Part shown: in pieces, positions 27,305-34,570 of the stretch
Numbering within the stretch: position 1 is the stretch's first letter
How the letters are laid out: every line of letters begins with the position of its first letter
DNA from: a virus
Lineage: Duplodnaviria > Caudoviricetes
Direction: 5' to 3' (one strand)
Virus record (IMG/VR): IMGVR_UViG_3300037478_000409
Coordinates: 1-34,816 of that record
DNA length: 34,816 nt
Made by a program: the position numbers and the translations under genes
The notes under the pieces: model-generated
The model's input: only the letters and a program-made list of their open reading frames with translations
Databases searched by the model: none
What the model was told of the DNA's origin: nothing

Positions 27305-28089
27305 CCAACTGGGCGACGGACGACCTTGCGCAGATCGCGGTGGCGCCTCGTCAGGAGTTCGCCGGGCTGGCCGAGGGCATCATCCGGGCGTGGAACCCGG
27401 CCACGTTCGAGAGCGTGATCAACGTCGGTGGGGCGGACCTGCCCAACCTGCCGGTCGCCAGCGGCGTGGAGGCGCTGACCTACGTCACCGGGGACGTGGT
27501 GATCCTGAGCAAGTGGCGCCCGCGTAGCAAGCGGGGAATCGCCACCTACCGGGTCGGCATGGGCGGGCGGGTGATCGTGCCCGGCTCGGGCGCCTCCGAG
27601 AAGGCCATCGCCTGGATGCGTGGCGCGCTGGCCAAGGAAATCAGCGCGGAGGTGTTCGCCGAACGGGTACACGAGGGGTTCGTGGAAGACTCCGACACCC
27701 TGTCCGACCAGGACACGTTCACCGACCTGGATCCAGCCGGGCCGGAGATCACCGACGTCAACATCACCTTCGGGGTGGCGATCGTGTGGCCGTCATGCAG
27801 CATGGCCGGCAGCCTGGACACCGGCCCCAACTCGGTCGGCGGGTACATGGGAGTGGAGGTGTCCGGGGCGACCACGATCGCCGCCGACATCACCAAGAGC
27901 TTCCACCTGCGGCAGACCAACCACAACTCCGACGGCATCAACCGCACGGACGGCGCCCTGGCCGGCAGCACGCTGGTGCTGCCGTGCGCGCCCGGGCTGC
28001 ACACCTTCAAGGCGGTGTATCGCACCCTGTCCGGCCCGACCACCACGGTCAGCTTCAGCCAGCGGTCCTTAGTGGTGATCGGCATATGA
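27301..28089 (+). CDS. Minor tail protein
   Basis: ATGA overlap; EGIIRAWNPATFESVINVGGADLPNLPV OB-like N-terminus. Confidence 0.75.
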   Translation: MTNWATDDLAQIAVAPRQEFAGLAEGIIRAWNPATFESVINVGGADLPNLPVASGVEALTYVTGDVVILSKWRPRSKRGIATYRVGMGGRVIVPGSGASEKAIAWMRGALAKEISAEVFAERVHEGFVEDSDTLSDQDTFTDLDPAGPEITDVNITFGVAIVWPSCSMAGSLDTGPNSVGGYMGVEVSGATTIAADITKSFHLRQTNHNSDGINRTDGALAGSTLVLPCAPGLHTFKAVYRTLSGPTTTVSFSQRSLVVIGI

Positions 28090-28105
28090 GCACGGAGGTG
28101 GCGTG

Positions 28106-28891
28106 ATGGCGTGGAGGTTGGCCGAGAGCCTGGTGGTGCTGCGGGCCGAGGTCCGGGCCCGGCACCCGGGTACGACGGTGTGGACGATCGCGGATGAGGC
28201 GCACGGCACCAACACCGACCACTTCCCGAACGCGGCCGGGGTGGTATGCGCCAGCGACACGCTCGCCGACGCCGGGCTCGACCTGGCCTGGTACGCCGAG
28301 CAGGTGCGGCGGGCCGGGATCGCCGGCCACCCAGCGCCGAAGTACATCATCTACAACAAGAGGATCGCCAGCCGCTCCGGTGGCTGGATCTGGCGGCCCT
28401 ACGGCGGCGACAACCCGCACACCGGCCACGTGCACGTGTCCGTGGGAGTCGGGCCGGACGGCAGCAGCACCGGGCCGTACGACGACACCAGCCCCTGGGG
28501 GCTGGTCCAGGATGAGCAGGGGAGCGAGATAGAAATGGATGCGCGTGACGTGTGGGTGGAGCGGCTGGCGCCGGACGCGACGGTGCTGCGGGCATACCCG
28601 GGCATCCGCGACGATGGATACCTGGCCAAAACCTGGATTCAGTACGGCTACCGGTGGGCGCGCCGGGCCGCGGACCGGGCGGCTGAGCTGGCGGCGGGGC
28701 AGGCTGCCATCCTCGCCGCGGTCGCCGGCACGGACGTGGTCGCCGCGGTGACGGCCGAGCTGGACCGGCACCGGGCCGAGCTGCTGGCGCAGGTCCGCGC
28801 GGATCTGGTTGAGGTGCTGGACCAGCGGGCGGAGCTGGGTGCCGACGCGGTGGTCGACGAGATCGCCCGCCGGCTGGCGGCGCAGCCATGA
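28106..28891 (+). CDS. Endolysin (putative zinc peptidase catalytic domain)
   Basis: MAWRLAESL...TDH.PN..GVVCASD...KYIIYNKRI...NPHTGHVHVSV; followed by membrane-protein genes; GGAGG RBS (GTG 28103 is an alternative start). Confidence 0.8.
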   Translation: MAWRLAESLVVLRAEVRARHPGTTVWTIADEAHGTNTDHFPNAAGVVCASDTLADAGLDLAWYAEQVRRAGIAGHPAPKYIIYNKRIASRSGGWIWRPYGGDNPHTGHVHVSVGVGPDGSSTGPYDDTSPWGLVQDEQGSEIEMDARDVWVERLAPDATVLRAYPGIRDDGYLAKTWIQYGYRWARRAADRAAELAAGQAAILAAVAGTDVVAAVTAELDRHRAELLAQVRADLVEVLDQRAELGADAVVDEIARRLAAQP

Positions 28892-29118
28892 CCGAGGTGG
28901 TGACGCTGGCCACGGCGGTGGTGGTGCTGGCCGGCGCAGTGGTCACGTGGCGCACCCGCAAACAGGTCAAGCAGGTCAGCACCACGATCCACAAGGTTCA
29001 CGTGCTCGTCAACTCAAGGTTTTCGGAGATGGAGACCCGGATCAATCAACTGACTGCGGCGCTGACCGCCGAGGGCACACCGGTGCCGCCGGCGCCCGGG
29101 CGTGAGGAGGGGACGTGA
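28888..29118 (+). CDS. Single-TM membrane protein (lysis cassette)
   Basis: N-terminal hydrophobic helix followed by coiled segment. Confidence 0.7.
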   Translation: MTEVVTLATAVVVLAGAVVTWRTRKQVKQVSTTIHKVHVLVNSRFSEMETRINQLTAALTAEGTPVPPAPGREEGT

Positions 29119-29381
29119 CCAAGATCAGCGAGTACGTACCGGACCCGAATAGCCGGGAACCGCTACGTGCGCCGGCGGTGTGGACCGCGGGGGCGGTGGC
29201 GGTGGTGGACATCCTGGTCGGGTACGCGGTCCCGGTGCCGGACCGGGCCGCGGTCGGGATCATCGCCCTGGTGACCACGCTCGGGCCGCTGGTGGTGTGG
29301 GCGTGGGGACGGCGCCGGGCCTGGTCGGGGGCGACGGTGGCGGACCTGGTGCCCCGGCCGGAGCACGAGGTGCAGCGGTGA
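29115..29381 (+). CDS. Putative holin (2 TM)
   Basis: REPLRAP then two hydrophobic helices and a basic RRR; GAGGAGG RBS. Confidence 0.7.
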   Translation: MTKISEYVPDPNSREPLRAPAVWTAGAVAVVDILVGYAVPVPDRAAVGIIALVTTLGPLVVWAWGRRRAWSGATVADLVPRPEHEVQR

Positions 29382-29647
29382 TCGCTCGGTTTTGGCGCTC
29401 GCTGCGCCGCGATCCGGCGACCCGTTGGCGGACCGGCTTCCTGGCGCTCACCGCGCTGGTGATCGGCCTAGAGGTGCGGGCCGCGACCGACGGCAACCCA
29501 GCCACCGACCCCTGGACCGATCTGACCGTGCGTCACGTGCCGTGGGAGCTGGCGCTGTTCATCGGCGCCGGTGGGGCGGTGTGGCTGATCGGACACTTCG
29601 GGGTGCGCTACATCCGCAAGCACCGGCGCCCGCCGGCCACCCGATAG
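29378..29647 (+). CDS. Two-TM membrane protein
   Basis: GTG 29378 overlaps previous stop; FLALTALVIGLEV and LALFIGAGGAVWLIGHF helices. Confidence 0.7.
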   Translation: MIARFWRSLRRDPATRWRTGFLALTALVIGLEVRAATDGNPATDPWTDLTVRHVPWELALFIGAGGAVWLIGHFGVRYIRKHRRPPATR

Positions 29648-29665
29648 CTACACCCACCCCCCGCA

Positions 29666-29705
29666 GAAGCGCCCCCGACCCCGGACCCCGGGTCGGGGGC
29701 GCTTC
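29666..29705. terminator. Probable bidirectional terminator hairpin
   Basis: GAAGCGCCCCCGACCC-N8-GGGTCGGGGGCGCTTC, perfect 16-bp stem between convergent genes. Confidence 0.8.
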
Positions 29706-29716
29706 GCCGTGCCTGG

Positions 29717-30460
29717 CTACTGCGGCGGCTGGTTGTACCGGTCCAGCGTGGCCTTACCGGTCGAGGCGTCCTGAAACACCAGCTCCCACGGGCCGGTGTT
29801 CACGTCCATCTCCCGTCCGAACCCTGCCCACTTCCCCACGATCCGGCGGCCGGTCGGCTCGGCCATCAGCTGAACCGCGCCGTGGTAGCGGGCGCCGCGG
29901 TAGTAACCTTCCGGGTCGGTGTGCTCCGTCCACGTCCCGGTGATCACGTTCCCGTCGACGGTCAGGTCCATGGTGAGCTGCCCGGCCGCCGACCCGGGCA
30001 GTGACCGGACGGTGAGCCGGTCACCGTGCTGGAGTACGACCACGTGGTGCTGGCCGGTGAACGTCGCGTCTCGGCCTGAGCTGTAGTACTCGTACCTGGA
30101 CAGCCACACCCCGGAGTAGTTGCCCCTCGGGCTGGCCTGCCGGGCGGGGGCGCCGTTGCCGGCCGGTGGGCCGACAGGCTGTAGGTCATGCCCGCCGTGG
30201 TCGTCGCCAGCCACCCGCGCGGCGACCAGCGGGAACCCCAGTGAGCTGATCGGCAGCCCGGTGACCGCTTCCAGGGCGCGGGCGTACACCGGCCGGGGGG
30301 CGGTGATGGTGCCCGACTCCCACCGTTGCACCAGCCGCTTGTTCGCGTCGTTGGGTTGCCCGGCCCGGTCTCCAGCTCGGCGCAGCGCCCGGGCGAAGTC
30401 GTCCTGGCTCATGAGCATCCCCATGCGCACGGCGCGGAGGGTGCCGTTCGGGGTGGTCAT
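29717..30460 (-). CDS. XRE-family HTH regulator with C-terminal beta-barrel-like domain
   Basis: LRAVRMGMLMSQDDFARAL...VQRWESG; C-terminal YSGVWLSRY...ITGTW...GKWAGF; TACCGT 7 nt before ATG. Confidence 0.85.
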   Translation of the reverse strand: MTTPNGTLRAVRMGMLMSQDDFARALRRAGDRAGQPNDANKRLVQRWESGTITAPRPVYARALEAVTGLPISSLGFPLVAARVAGDDHGGHDLQPVGPPAGNGAPARQASPRGNYSGVWLSRYEYYSSGRDATFTGQHHVVVLQHGDRLTVRSLPGSAAGQLTMDLTVDGNVITGTWTEHTDPEGYYRGARYHGAVQLMAEPTGRRIVGKWAGFGREMDVNTGPWELVFQDASTGKATLDRYNQPPQ

Positions 30461-30483
30461 GCCCTCGACGGTAGCAGGGCGTG

Positions 30484-30560
30484 TGTCGCCGGACTGTCGC
30501 CCTACCTGTCGCCGGTTGGACGCCTCTACCGCCGTCGCGCCGGGCGACAGTCCGGCGACA
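30484..30560. promoter_or_regulatory. Operator-like 19-bp perfect inverted repeat built from TGTCGCC units
   Basis: TGTCGCCGGACTGTCGCCC (30484-30502) and GGGCGACAGTCCGGCGACA (30542-30560); extra TGTCGCC at 30507. Confidence 0.7.
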
Positions 30561-30643
30561 TCCTGTGGCCAGGTCGGTGCGCGGCCGGCCCCGGTGCCCT
30601 TTTTCGGCACGCCCCGAAAATGGCCAGCCACGGGAGGTGCGCG

Positions 30644-30820
30644 ATGTTGCGGCGGTTGTGGCCCGGGCGGCGGTGGACGTTGCCGGACCCGTACCCGTCC
30701 CGGGACCGTTCCGGGCGGCTGGTCGACGGGGACCGGGTGTGCCCGGACGGGCGGGAGCGGTGGACCGACCTGCTCCCGACCCGGCGGGTCGACCCGGACC
30801 GGGGTGGCGAGGATGCCTGA
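30644..30820 (+). CDS. Small hypothetical protein
   Basis: GGGAGG RBS before ATG 30644; divergent from the XRE gene. Confidence 0.5.
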   Translation: MLRRLWPGRRWTLPDPYPSRDRSGRLVDGDRVCPDGRERWTDLLPTRRVDPDRGGEDA

Positions 30821-31055
30821 GGCGTCGGACTACGAGTTGTGGGCCGCGGCCCGGGTGGTGTCCATGCACGCCGCGGGCGGCCGGTGCGGTCGCTGCCAGC
30901 CCGATGGGCAGTGCCGGCTGTACGCCTGGGCCGACGTGCTGCTCAAGAGGTGGGAGGCGTCCTGGGGGCGGCAGTACCCGCACCGGGCACCTTCGTGGGA
31001 GTCCGCCCAGCTCGCCGACCGGCTGACCACCGTGGTCCGGAGGCCGACCGCCTAA
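30813..31055 (+). CDS. Small putative zinc-binding protein
   Basis: H....RCGRC....C motif; overlaps the previous stop. Confidence 0.6.
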   Translation: MPEASDYELWAAARVVSMHAAGGRCGRCQPDGQCRLYAWADVLLKRWEASWGRQYPHRAPSWESAQLADRLTTVVRRPTA

Positions 31056-31091
31056 GACGCGGGTTTGCATTTGCCGGCCCGGATTGTAAGT

Positions 31092-31180
31092 CCCGCCCCC
31101 GCGCGCGCGAGGCTCATGCTTGGTGATCTTGCGGGCGTCCGCAAAGTTGCTGCCCGCCCCCGCGCGCGCGAGGCTCATGC
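31092..31180. repeat. Two exact 28-bp direct repeats at 61-bp period (CRISPR-like mini-array geometry; not a confirmed CRISPR)
   Basis: CCCGCCCCCGCGCGCGCGAGGCTCATGC at 31092-31119 and 31153-31180; partial copies at 31541-31556 and 31601-31618. Confidence 0.8.
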
Positions 31181-31480
31181 CCCGGCTCGGTGGGCGCGGA
31201 CCCGGCATGCCCCGGTGGCGTATCTGGCTTCCGGCCGCGGTGAGGTGACGGGCTGGCCACAGCCGCAGGCGCACGGCCGCAGGATGCCGGCCGCGCTCGG
31301 CGCGGCCAGCGCCCAGAGGTGTTCGAGGTGCGGGTGGACGGCTACGGCTACGGCCACCTCTAGGCCGCGCAGGAAGTCGTCGTTGTACTGGGGCCGGTCG
31401 GGGTCGGGGCCGTTGAGGTAGGCCACTACTTGCCGGGCGATCTCCTCGCTCACCGCTTGGATGTTCGGGGTCTCGGTCAC
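31175..31480 (-). CDS. Small protein with C-terminal zinc-finger-like DNA-binding motif
   Basis: CACGCGQPV...ARYATGACRVRAHR; leaderless promoter immediately upstream of GTG 31480. Confidence 0.7.
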   Translation of the reverse strand: MTETPNIQAVSEEIARQVVAYLNGPDPDRPQYNDDFLRGLEVAVAVAVHPHLEHLWALAAPSAAGILRPCACGCGQPVTSPRPEARYATGACRVRAHRAGA

Positions 31481-31484
31481 GCCC

Positions 31485-31529
31485 CCAGTGTAACACCTGC
31501 CGTTACTCCAGTGCAACACCTACCGTTAC
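31485..31529 (-). promoter_or_regulatory. Promoter TTGCAC-18-TACACT overlapped by two 22-bp direct repeats (operators)
   Basis: CCAGTGTAACACCTGCCGTTAC (31485-31506) and CCAGTGCAACACCTACCGTTAC (31508-31529). Confidence 0.7.
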
Positions 31530-31560
31530 GCCTCTCGGCTCCGCGCGCGAGGCTCAGGAA

Positions 31561-31589
31561 CAAAACCGATGGTGCCACCATCGGTTTTG
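31561..31589. repeat. Perfect 29-bp palindrome
   Basis: CAAAACCGATGGTG-C-CACCATCGGTTTTG. Confidence 0.85.
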
Positions 31590-31689
31590 ATCCGCCCCCC
31601 CCCGCCCCCGCGCGCGCGTGGCCAGCGGTACCCCGATCAGGCACCTTCCTGGCAGGCTGCCCAGCTCGCCGGTTTTTGCCGGCCCCGGC

Positions 31690-31735
31690 AAAAATGAACC
31701 GGCCCCATCGTGCCCTGGGGCGACGATGGGGCCGG
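31690..31735 (-). terminator. Intrinsic terminator of the leftward right-arm operon
   Basis: 13-bp stem CCGGCCCCATCGT/ACGATGGGGCCGG followed by TTCATTTTT on the minus strand, 10 nt after the stop at 31745. Confidence 0.75.
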
Positions 31736-31744
31736 GGTCGGAAC

Positions 31745-31960
31745 TTAGGTGGTCAGATCCTCGGTGGTGATCCGGTCGAGCCAGTCACCACCCTGGACCA
31801 CCCGGAGAGACGGTCCAGCCGGCCGGCCGGCGGTCCGACCGGCCAGGCCATCGGCGTAGCCGGCCAGGTAGGCGTCCTGGTCGGTGGCGCCCGGAAGGGT
31901 ACGGACTAGTCCGGCCAGCTTCTCCAGCCGGTCAGCGATCCAGTCCACAGGCCCGGTCAC
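31745..31960 (-). CDS. Small hypothetical protein
   Basis: GTGA coupling; AYLAGYADG motif. Confidence 0.65.
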   Translation of the reverse strand: MTGPVDWIADRLEKLAGLVRTLPGATDQDAYLAGYADGLAGRTAGRPAGPSLRVVQGGDWLDRITTEDLTT

Positions 31961-32391
31961 GACTGCTCACCGCTGCGCACCCGGCGCATGATGCTCTCGG
32001 CGGTGGCCACGTCCTTCATCGTGGCCTCCAGGTTGGTGAGGCGTTCCTCCGCCCGGGCGCCGATCCGGAGCATCCTCGCGGCGAACCGGTTGACCGCCCC
32101 CGGGGAGGGCCGGTCCGCGAGCGCCGCAGCCGTCTCCGCGGCACCGTCGACCCACCCGCGGGCGTATTCCTGGTCCAGCTCGTCGACCTGCTCCTGCAAG
32201 TCGCGGATCATGGTGGTCATGCGGTGCGCCAAGGCCCGGGTCTCCGGGTCCAGCGCGGCCAGGATCTCCTCCTCGGTCTGCGGGCGGGTGCTCTCCGGCG
32301 CCTCGCGGGCGATCCGCCCGCCGTCGGTCGACTGACCGGATTCGGTCAGTTCCGGCCCCACGGCCGGGGTGCTGTGCTCTACGTTATCCAT
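31957..32391 (-). CDS. Hypothetical protein
   Basis: AGGAG RBS; helical; YARGWVDG motif. Confidence 0.7.
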   Translation of the reverse strand: MDNVEHSTPAVGPELTESGQSTDGGRIAREAPESTRPQTEEEILAALDPETRALAHRMTTMIRDLQEQVDELDQEYARGWVDGAAETAAALADRPSPGAVNRFAARMLRIGARAEERLTNLEATMKDVATAESIMRRVRSGEQS

Positions 32392-32536
32392 CAGGTCAGG
32401 ACTCCTATCCTGATCAGGCTCCGGGACTGGAGTTCCTGGCTCCGCCCGGGGCCGCCCTATCTTCGTCTGATCGGTCCACCAGCCCCCCCGGCCGGTGGTG
32501 GTCCTCCCTTCACGATCCCGCCCTTGCGTGTGGTGG

Positions 32537-33235
32537 TCATGACATCTCCTCAGGAGTGGTCGAGGCGAACACCGGTACCCGGTCGCGGTGACCGTCCGGT
32601 GGCGGCGCGGGTGAGTAGTCAGCCGGGGGTGGTGTGGTGGCTGCCCAGTGGCGGGCGACGGAGGACGGGGAGACGCGGGCGGTGCGGACCACGTCGGCCT
32701 GGGTGGCGGTCGGGCCGAGCCGCAGCCGGGCCACGGCGACCTTCTCCGCGGCGCTGCGCTTGCCGGCCGGCCGCCGCTTCACCGGCCGTCCAGGTGCTAT
32801 CGGCCGATCGAGGGTAGGGCCCGCGGGCCGGAAGTGTTTCTCCAGGGTAGGGCCCTCTGCTTCCGGCGTCTGCCGGCCGCGGCGTGCCAGCATCTCGGTG
32901 ACCAGCAGCAGCGCCAGCGGTGCCCACGCTGCCACCAGCCACCCCGTCACGGTCGGCCGGGCACTGGCCACGTTGCCGGCCACCGTCGCCGCACACCCGG
33001 CGCCGAACGCCACCCGAGCCGACAACCGGGCACGCCGTCCGGCTGTCGAGTCCAGCCACATCACCGACGCGGCCGACACCAGCAACCCGTCCACGGAGAT
33101 CGGCAGCAGCGCCGCGGCCAGTGGGGACTCACCGGCGCCGAGCGCCAGCGACCGCAGGTGGCCGAACGACACGACCGCGGCGACCGCGCCGACAACCCCG
33201 GCGCCGGTGTAGGCGTACACCCTGGTCCAGTTCAC
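32537..33235 (-). CDS. DUF2637-like multi-TM protein with C-terminal HTH
   Basis: AAVVSFGHLRSLA..GE...LLPISVDGL...TVAGNVA...AAWAPLALL; TQADVVRTARVSPSSVARH; GTG 33235 overlaps the previous stop. Confidence 0.8.
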   Translation of the reverse strand: MNWTRVYAYTGAGVVGAVAAVVSFGHLRSLALGAGESPLAAALLPISVDGLLVSAASVMWLDSTAGRRARLSARVAFGAGCAATVAGNVASARPTVTGWLVAAWAPLALLLVTEMLARRGRQTPEAEGPTLEKHFRPAGPTLDRPIAPGRPVKRRPAGKRSAAEKVAVARLRLGPTATQADVVRTARVSPSSVARHWAATTPPPADYSPAPPPDGHRDRVPVFASTTPEEMS

Positions 33236-33543
33236 CGGCCGGCCTCCGGGTCGCGGACCCATAGGCGCGCCTGCCCTCGGCCGAAGGCGTGCGTGCCCTC
33301 GGGGTGTTCTGACCGAAGCTGCTTCGGCTGCCGGTACAGCAGATGCTTGACCGCCGCCTCGACCCGCTTGCGGCTGATCCCGGCGGGCCGATCGGTCACC
33401 ACGTCCGCGTAGTCACAGCCGGGCCGTCCGGCGACGTAGTGCAGGACGTACTCACGCGTCTCCCGGTCCTTGGCCTCGCCCGGGCCGTAACTGATCGGCT
33501 TGTCGCTCATGCTCCGTTCTCCTGTCCAGTTCACCGGCCGGCC
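33225..33543. repeat. 20-bp direct repeats bracketing one gene
   Basis: GTCCAGTTCACCGGCCGGCC at 33225-33244 and 33524-33543. Confidence 0.85.
33232..33510 (-). CDS. Hypothetical protein, possibly winged helix
   Basis: VLHYVAGRPGC...GISRKRVEAAVKHL; AGGAG RBS before ATG 33510 (GTG 33534 is an alternative). Confidence 0.65.
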   Translation of the reverse strand: MSDKPISYGPGEAKDRETREYVLHYVAGRPGCDYADVVTDRPAGISRKRVEAAVKHLLYRQPKQLRSEHPEGTHAFGRGQARLWVRDPEAGR

Positions 33544-33746
33544 CCCGCGTGGTGGTCGCGGGTGGCGTTCAGGAGCCGGTCAAGCGCCCGGGACCGGCGC
33601 AGGTATTTCCGGGTCGCCCGCTCCCGCTCCGGGGAGTCGGGGGGCGCCAGCGCCACGCGGAGTAGCGCTTCGGCCATCCGGTCGGCCATGAACCGGATCG
33701 CCAGCCACGGGCTCATCGGGGTGTGGCTGGTCGTAGTGTGTGTCAT
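33531..33746 (-). CDS. Small hypothetical protein
   Basis: GAGGAGG RBS before ATG 33746. Confidence 0.65.
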   Translation of the reverse strand: MTHTTTSHTPMSPWLAIRFMADRMAEALLRVALAPPDSPERERATRKYLRRSRALDRLLNATRDHHAGAGR

Positions 33747-33817
33747 CGGGCCGAACCTCCTCAGGTGTTCGGTCAAGGCCCCGGGCTGCCCTGACGCGGC
33801 CCGGGGCGTTTGCGTTG

Positions 33818-34243
33818 TCAGCCGGCCACCGGAACCGGGGCGGTCTCGGTGATCGGGTCGGTCTGGTCGATGTCGAACAGGTAGGCCAGCCGGAAGCGCA
33901 TCCTGGACCGGGTCGCCTCGCCCTGCTCCCCGTCGCTGCCCGCCGGCTCGTCGGTGGACTCGCCGCGGGGCGGGATCGGCGCCAGAACCGCGATGCCGGA
34001 CTCGCCCTTGCGGACCTGCCGGCCGAGCTTGCGCCACTCGACGAAGCCGTGGACCTCGGTGGCGGCCGGGCGCTGCATCGCGATCAACATGGCGTTGCGG
34101 GCGGAGTAGCCAGCGAACCGGGCGAGGATCTGCGCCCTGTCTTCGTCGCTGAGCTGGCCTGCGTACTCGTCCAGCTTCTGCCGCAGGGCGGTGATCTTCT
34201 GGTGCCGCGCCTCGATGTCCCGCTTGGTGCTGCGCCGCTTCAT
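33818..34243 (-). CDS. ArdC-like N-terminal ssDNA-binding domain protein (stand-alone)
   Basis: YSARNAMLIAMQRP.AT.V.GFVEWRKLGRQVRKGESGIAVLAP...LFDIDQT; AGGAGG RBS. Confidence 0.88.
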   Translation of the reverse strand: MKRRSTKRDIEARHQKITALRQKLDEYAGQLSDEDRAQILARFAGYSARNAMLIAMQRPAATEVHGFVEWRKLGRQVRKGESGIAVLAPIPPRGESTDEPAGSDGEQGEATRSRMRFRLAYLFDIDQTDPITETAPVPVAG

Positions 34244-34279
34244 CTCCGGCTACCTCCTAGTTCGCGTGCTCCTACTAGC

Positions 34280-34326
34280 ACACTAACCGTTCTGGGATTG
34301 TGTGTCAAGGGAAGACCAGTTACTAT
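34280..34326. promoter_or_regulatory. Overlapping divergent sigma70-type promoters
   Basis: Minus strand TTGACA(34308-34303)-17-TAGTGT(34285-34280); plus strand TTGTGT(34298-34303)-17-TACTAT(34321-34326), 7 nt before ATG 34334. Confidence 0.75.
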
Positions 34327-34333
34327 CTCGCCC

Positions 34334-34555
34334 ATGGCCCGACCGAAGTTCGCCCCAACCACCCAGCAGCGCCGGATGCTCGACCAGCTCGGCCGCGCCG
34401 ACCGCGACCACGCGGCCAAGCGGGAGCGGATCGACGCCGAGCTGGACCAGGTGATCGCCCGGGCGCACGCGCAGGAGATCCCGGTGTCGGTGATCGCCGA
34501 GACCCTCGGCTGGACCCGGCACCGGGTGTACCGGCACCTCGGCAGGGACATTTAG
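34334..34555 (+). CDS. Small HTH transcriptional regulator
   Basis: IPVSVIAETLGWTRHRVYRHL; leaderless promoter. Confidence 0.8.
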   Translation: MARPKFAPTTQQRRMLDQLGRADRDHAAKRERIDAELDQVIARAHAQEIPVSVIAETLGWTRHRVYRHLGRDI

Positions 34556-34570
34556 GCGACGGTCGATCTC

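Noticed and set aside
21088-27672. Long minus-strand ORFs (e.g. 21774-23756, 23816-25549, 25682-27277)
   Set aside because: Antisense shadows of well-supported tail genes, expected in high-GC DNA; no motifs
22926-28089. Diversity-generating retroelement or invertible tail cassette
   Set aside because: No reverse transcriptase, no TR/VR pair and no invertase or flanking inverted repeats seen
31092-31629. Bona fide CRISPR-Cas locus
   Set aside because: Only two exact repeats, no leader and no cas genes; kept as a repeat with a CRISPR-like hypothesis
32457-32540. 27-codon minus-strand ORF coupled to the DUF2637-like gene
   Set aside because: Has an RBS and ATGA overlap but is too short and low-complexity to support
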